From contig JAQIBS010000167.1 in NCBI GenBank assembly GCA_027858965.1, positions 31,416 through 95,415 of the forward strand: a stretch of DNA of 64,000 nt. Reading direction: 5' to 3'. Each line of letters begins with the position of its first letter. The first letter of the stretch is position 1. Position numbers and translations under genes: made by a program. A model generated the notes under the pieces. It saw only the letters and a program-made list of their open reading frames with translations. It searched no databases and was not told the origin of the DNA. This document shows, piece by piece, positions 59,771-64,000 of this stretch. This stretch comes from Kiritimatiellia bacterium. Lineage in GTDB: Bacteria; Verrucomicrobiota; Kiritimatiellia; RFP12; UBA1067.

Positions 59771-60027
59771 ACGTCAACCCGTTTGGAGAGCGGGACGCCT
59801 GCTCTCCAGACACTGGGGTACTGTCAAAAGTTTATAATTGTTATGAAAACAAGGACGCGGGTGGACGATGATGGGCGACGATGCTGGATTCCGATTGGGA
59901 TTACGACGGGAATCGTCAACCTCCATCGTCGCCGTTGTCGTCAACCGAATGTTGAGCCGTGCCTCTTGGCAACCTCCGGCCAACCTTTATTATGACCTCA
60001 GGACACAAGCACGTTAACCTGTCCCGC

Positions 60028-61548
60028 TCAGAACAGCCCGGCACGCGTAACAAATGAAATTCCGTCCAGGTAGAGCTGCGCGGTTTTAGGTGGTTTCTGA
60101 AGGGTCACATCACCGTTTTTATGGACGAGAAGAACCACTAACTCGTCACGCGCAACTCCTCCGATACAGGAGACGGTGGTCACCTCATTGAAGGGGCGAT
60201 AGCCTTCCGGTAACGTGAACAGCAAGGTGCCGGGGGCCAGCGCGCCACCGGACAGATTGCCCTGAAAGTAGACAACCTCGTCCCGTTTCACCATGCGGGC
60301 TCCCCCGTCACTGGCACCATCGATCCAGTCATTCTGGAACTGAGGCGACAGGAAGGCAACGGGAGTCTTGCCGCTTTTGCCGCTGTCAGAAGTCCACGTT
60401 CCCCATCCCGTACCAGCTGCATTCCCGGTGCGGATGGACAATTGAGATTCGTTACCCTCCCTCGAGGTCAGATATTGCACGGCCATTCCGTCTGGCGAGC
60501 GGACCGTCATGACCATGCCGTCCAGCGGCCATGAGCCAGCCACGCCCGCACTCCGGCTGACCGTAATACCATACGGATAAGCCGCCGGCGATTCAGTGCT
60601 GCCGCGTGGATTCAAAGAACCCAGGTTCTGAACATTGTTGAACGCAAAATTCCGTACCCCCGGCACCGCCAGAGCGTCGGCCAATCGGCCCCAGATCCAG
60701 GAGTTGGCAAGCTCCAAAGGATGAACGGTGTTGCCAAAGCTCAGCGGATCGTGGAAGTTGGGATCGGTACGGAAAGGGTCATCCATCCAGCCGGGCGTGA
60801 TAGGGACTGATGGATTGAGGGTGTCATTCCACGTCCCGCTGGCCCCGTTCCGTGCGTCGGCCAGATATCCTGCAGTGTCGAAATAAAAGCATTGGTAATC
60901 GCGGGCGGCCTTCCGCAGGGCTTGGCGTTGCGGCCAGGCTTGGGTTTCATCGCGCTTGTGGGTAGTGTCTCCCACCGCATTTGAGACCTTGATGATCACT
61001 GCGGTCTGCAGGTAAGAGCGCAGCAACCGGATGTGCGCCAGCTTGGCCCGGTAGCGCTTGACAAACTCGTCAACAGGCTCGGTATCATTGATTCCGAAGC
61101 TAATGATGATGCACTGAGCCGAGTTGATGTTCGCGTCCGACAGGTGAAACTGGGCGATGGTTGCACCGCTTACCGCCAGATTGGTGATTTTGGCGTCAAA
61201 TCCCCGCAGCCGCAACTGGGTCAGAAGAATGTTGTGCGGCAGATAGGCCCCGTCGGCAATGTAGGCACCGATAATGGTCGAGTCACCATCCAGAAAGATG
61301 ACTGGCGGCTGTGCGACATCCTGCCGGCGCCAGCACTGGTGCAGCGCATACAGGTATTCCTCCCCGAATGTCCGCTGATACCGATCCGTCTCCGGCATAA
61401 CATCAAGATAACTGCCCCGCGCGGGCATTTGGGGGTCAACGGGACGCATTCGCAGAGCAGACCCGGTTCCATCACCAGTGACTGACGGGATGATTCCCCC
61501 CATGATTACCGCTGACCAAAGAGCCGCAATAAGTGTTTTATGTAACAT
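60028..61548 (-). CDS. SGNH/GDSL esterase fused to phage tail-fibre-like C-terminal domains
   Basis: GDS, SG, GIND, VHP blocks; AYPYGIT..IRT..WGTW knob-like segment; VYFQG..LFTLPEGYRP; signal-peptide-like start at 61548. Confidence 0.72.
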   Translation of the reverse strand: MLHKTLIAALWSAVIMGGIIPSVTGDGTGSALRMRPVDPQMPARGSYLDVMPETDRYQRTFGEEYLYALHQCWRRQDVAQPPVIFLDGDSTIIGAYIADGAYLPHNILLTQLRLRGFDAKITNLAVSGATIAQFHLSDANINSAQCIIISFGINDTEPVDEFVKRYRAKLAHIRLLRSYLQTAVIIKVSNAVGDTTHKRDETQAWPQRQALRKAARDYQCFYFDTAGYLADARNGASGTWNDTLNPSVPITPGWMDDPFRTDPNFHDPLSFGNTVHPLELANSWIWGRLADALAVPGVRNFAFNNVQNLGSLNPRGSTESPAAYPYGITVSRSAGVAGSWPLDGMVMTVRSPDGMAVQYLTSREGNESQLSIRTGNAAGTGWGTWTSDSGKSGKTPVAFLSPQFQNDWIDGASDGGARMVKRDEVVYFQGNLSGGALAPGTLLFTLPEGYRPFNEVTTVSCIGGVARDELVVLLVHKNGDVTLQKPPKTAQLYLDGISFVTRAGLF

Positions 61549-61753
61549 GATTTTTATTGTACGCGGACGAGGTCTGGCGGTCAACCGATTACTGTGATTT
61601 TTTCGGCTTTTTCAAAAAGGCCCATCAAGTGGGCTCGGCATCAACGACCCGCGGGACCAGCCTCAGAGACTACCGCTGAAAAGCGCCAGCCTTCCAAATA
61701 CATACAGTTAGGTCTTTCCCAGTTTCCCGTTTCAATTTTCCAGCGTCCATCCC

Positions 61754-61826
61754 AACTCCCGCACTCTCTCACTTTAGAACTCCCGCACTTTAGAACTTCA
61801 GAACTCCCGCACTTTAGAACTTCTTC
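61754..61826. repeat. Octamer tandem repeat abutting the regulator stop codon
   Basis: actttagaactcccgc units, same family as 27404 and 36233. Confidence 0.8.
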
Positions 61827-62996
61827 TCACCTGTTCCGTCGGTACTCGCGCATAGTCATGCCGAACTTCTTTTTGAAGAGTCGCTTGAGATAAGACTCTG
61901 TATGATATCCGCAACGTTCACCGATCTCTCCGATAGATAGCGGTGTTTCACGCAAAAGAGTGCAGAGGCGTTCCAAGCGGCGCGTTTGAATCTCTTCAAG
62001 AATCGAATGACCCAACGCCTTTCTAAAGGTCTTCTCAGCAAAGCTACGTGAAACATGCAGATGATGGGCAACATCAGGAACTGTAATCCCTTCACAGGCA
62101 TTCAATCGGATAAACTCCGCAGCAGCTGTGGCACACCAGTTTTTTTCAGAGATAAACTGTGAAGACTGGCGATGTATAATTCCGTTAAAACCGTATGAAA
62201 GAGTAACCGACTTGCGAATCTTGCCTCTCATAAGCTGATCCAGCAATTCCGCTGCCATAAACCCTCCATCTGCATAATTGGACTGAACACTGGAAAGAGT
62301 CGGGATGGTGTTTTCGCAGATCATTTCGTCATCATCAGCACCAATTACCGCCACTTCCTCCGGCACACGTATACCTGCACTGAGGCATGTATCCAGCACC
62401 TGCTTTGCCTGAGAATCAAAAGCTGCAAAAAGCCCGCAAGGTTTAGGAAGCGACAGCAACCATTCCGACATATCTTGCTGCTCGGCCCCCCAGTCTTTAG
62501 TGGTCTTGGGCGCATAGATTTCACACTCGTAACCACCCTCCTTCAACCGTCGTGCGAAAGCCTCGCCCCGCATTGACGACCAAAAAGGCTGTGGTTCTGA
62601 TGCAGAGGCTACATAAGTGAAATGCCGCAGTCTCTTCTGTTTCATATAGTAATCGGCTACAGCCTCGCTGGCCTTGCTGACATCGTGTTGAACCCTCATC
62701 CGACGACTGGAACTTAGAGGATCAGCATCAAAAAAAACAGTGGGCGTTTTTTCCACTCTCGGGATATGTGAGGCAAGCACCTTGGGAGTTTCGCGGGTAA
62801 TAATGCCATCCGGCTGCCATTTATTGAATGCCTCAAGCTTAGAGATAAAAGAGCGGTCATCCAGAATCTGCACCTCCCAGGGTCCATGAAGACGCGCATA
62901 TCTCAGAATGCCCTGCGCTTTCTCTCGCAGAACCTTCTGGGAGGTAGGAGTCACCATAACCAGGACACGTGGAACTTTTTTTAGAAATTTTGACAT
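61827..62996 (-). CDS. XylR-type regulator (periplasmic-binding-protein-like domain plus AraC HTH)
   Basis: LPKPCGLFA, VPEEVAVIGADD, PTLSSV, C-terminal HTH; probable start 62996. Confidence 0.9.
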   Translation of the reverse strand: MSKFLKKVPRVLVMVTPTSQKVLREKAQGILRYARLHGPWEVQILDDRSFISKLEAFNKWQPDGIITRETPKVLASHIPRVEKTPTVFFDADPLSSSRRMRVQHDVSKASEAVADYYMKQKRLRHFTYVASASEPQPFWSSMRGEAFARRLKEGGYECEIYAPKTTKDWGAEQQDMSEWLLSLPKPCGLFAAFDSQAKQVLDTCLSAGIRVPEEVAVIGADDDEMICENTIPTLSSVQSNYADGGFMAAELLDQLMRGKIRKSVTLSYGFNGIIHRQSSQFISEKNWCATAAAEFIRLNACEGITVPDVAHHLHVSRSFAEKTFRKALGHSILEEIQTRRLERLCTLLRETPLSIGEIGERCGYHTESYLKRLFKKKFGMTMREYRRNR

Positions 62997-63321
62997 AATA
63001 AAATACTTAACCACTAAAACACAGTGCGTCAGAGTCGCAGACAAGTTAGTGCGCGAGTTCTAAAATGCGAGAGTGCTCGAGTTTGAAAGGTAGCGCTCCG
63101 CGCAGTCTAAAATTTTTAATACACAAATCGTGCATAGCAACAGCTACGTACTTCAAGTGAAATATTAAACTAAATAACAGCACCTGACAAGAGAGTAGTG
63201 CTCAAAAAGTCATGTTTTCTGTACGTGATTGTATGTGGTCCAAAATTGATATGAGTGCTACACTTATATAAACATTGTAAAAGAATTGGGTACTGATAAA
63301 TCAAACAACAGGGAAAACAGG

Positions 63322-64000
63322 ATGAGCAACAGACAATCGGGAAAAGGCATATCAAGACGCAATGCATTGCAAATGGGAGCAGGCACAGCGGCGTCACTGG
63401 CTATAGGAGGTTGCGGCAACATGGGAAAAGGATCTTTGAGCTCGCAGCGCAAGGTCCCCCGTTTACGCAAACCCGGGGAAAAGCTTAATATCGGCGTGGT
63501 CGGCGTCGGCGGCAAAGGATGGTCTAACTGGGAACCGATGTTCAATATGGGTGAAAATATCGTGGCCTTGTGTGATGTTGATAGCAATCCGGTTGAACGG
63601 GCTTTGTCAATTGTCCGGGAGCGTAACAAAGACGTAAAAGGCTACAGTGATTATCGCAGAATGCTGGATGATTGCAAAAACCTGGATGTGGTTCTAGTTT
63701 CAACGCCGGATCATACCCATGCACGGGCAGCGATTGATGCCATGAAGCTGGGCTGTCACGTGTATGTCGAAAAGCCGCTGGTCCGCACGATCTGGGAGGC
63801 GCGTTATTTCGACAAAGTCGCCAGGGAATGCAAGGTGATTACTCAAATGGGTAATCAAGGCAGCGGGGATAATGGACTTCGGCGTAACGTTGAAATACTG
63901 CACTCAGGCATTCTCGGGAAAATCTCAGAGGTGCATGTCTGGGTACGTTCCCCTTTTATCAATGGAAAGGTCTATTGGCCCCAAGGAGTTACCCGGCCTC
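63322..64000 (+). CDS. Tat-exported Gfo/Idh/MocA oxidoreductase (runs off window; absent from ORF track)
   Basis: Manual translation: MSNRQSGKGISRRNALQ.., GVVGVGGKG, ALCDVD, STPDHTH, VYVEKPL, TQMGNQG. Confidence 0.9.
   Translation, partial: MSNRQSGKGISRRNALQMGAGTAASLAIGGCGNMGKGSLSSQRKVPRLRKPGEKLNIGVVGVGGKGWSNWEPMFNMGENIVALCDVDSNPVERALSIVRERNKDVKGYSDYRRMLDDCKNLDVVLVSTPDHTHARAAIDAMKLGCHVYVEKPLVRTIWEARYFDKVARECKVITQMGNQGSGDNGLRRNVEILHSGILGKISEVHVWVRSPFINGKVYWPQGVTRP

Noticed and set aside
1-64000. Many short antisense or overlapping ORFs in the track (e.g. 7811-8602, 14877-15608, 36309-36881, 63264-63629)
   Set aside because: Shadows of well-supported genes with no motifs
1-64000. tRNA, rRNA or known riboswitches in intergenic regions
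   Set aside because: None recognisable by eye; tRNAscan-SE and Rfam scans would be needed to exclude them

Overview
Bacterial chromosomal window with no rRNA, tRNA, CRISPR, integrase or transposase that I can recognise. The protein families and intergenic repeat style suggest a PVC-superphylum anaerobe (Kiritimatiellota/Lentisphaerota-like; inference). 1-29 kb is mostly housekeeping: PIN-PhoH ATPase, FucP-type permease, two paralogous GYF_2-like/coiled-coil proteins, NERD protein, Prc protease, dapF, rsmE, rlmB-type methylase, GH20, an rnfABCDG cluster lacking rnfE, nitronate-monooxygenase-family flavoprotein, Zn-ribbon/PTS-EIIA fusion, TPP-dependent E1 alpha/beta plus GT2, a PQQ-type propeller and tilS. 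29-64 kb is accessory: repeat-rich secreted proteins, gluQ, a Fic gene between direct repeats, two type II toxin-antitoxin pairs, and a glycan-utilisation locus (GH5-like, GH38-like, two GH78, AraC/XylR regulators, Gfo/Idh/MocA). Strongest leads: (1) a shared C-terminal G-T-(hydrophobic)-Q motif on three exported proteins that lack a beta-barrel or PEP-CTERM anchor, a candidate lineage-specific sorting signal; (2) a phage-tail-like SGNH esterase carrying a signal peptide; (3) a strand-composition switch near 14.2-14.9 kb with a dif-like 28-mer; (4) several families of polarised, nested intergenic micro-repeats and one clean MITE. All family assignments come from motif reading by eye, not database searches.
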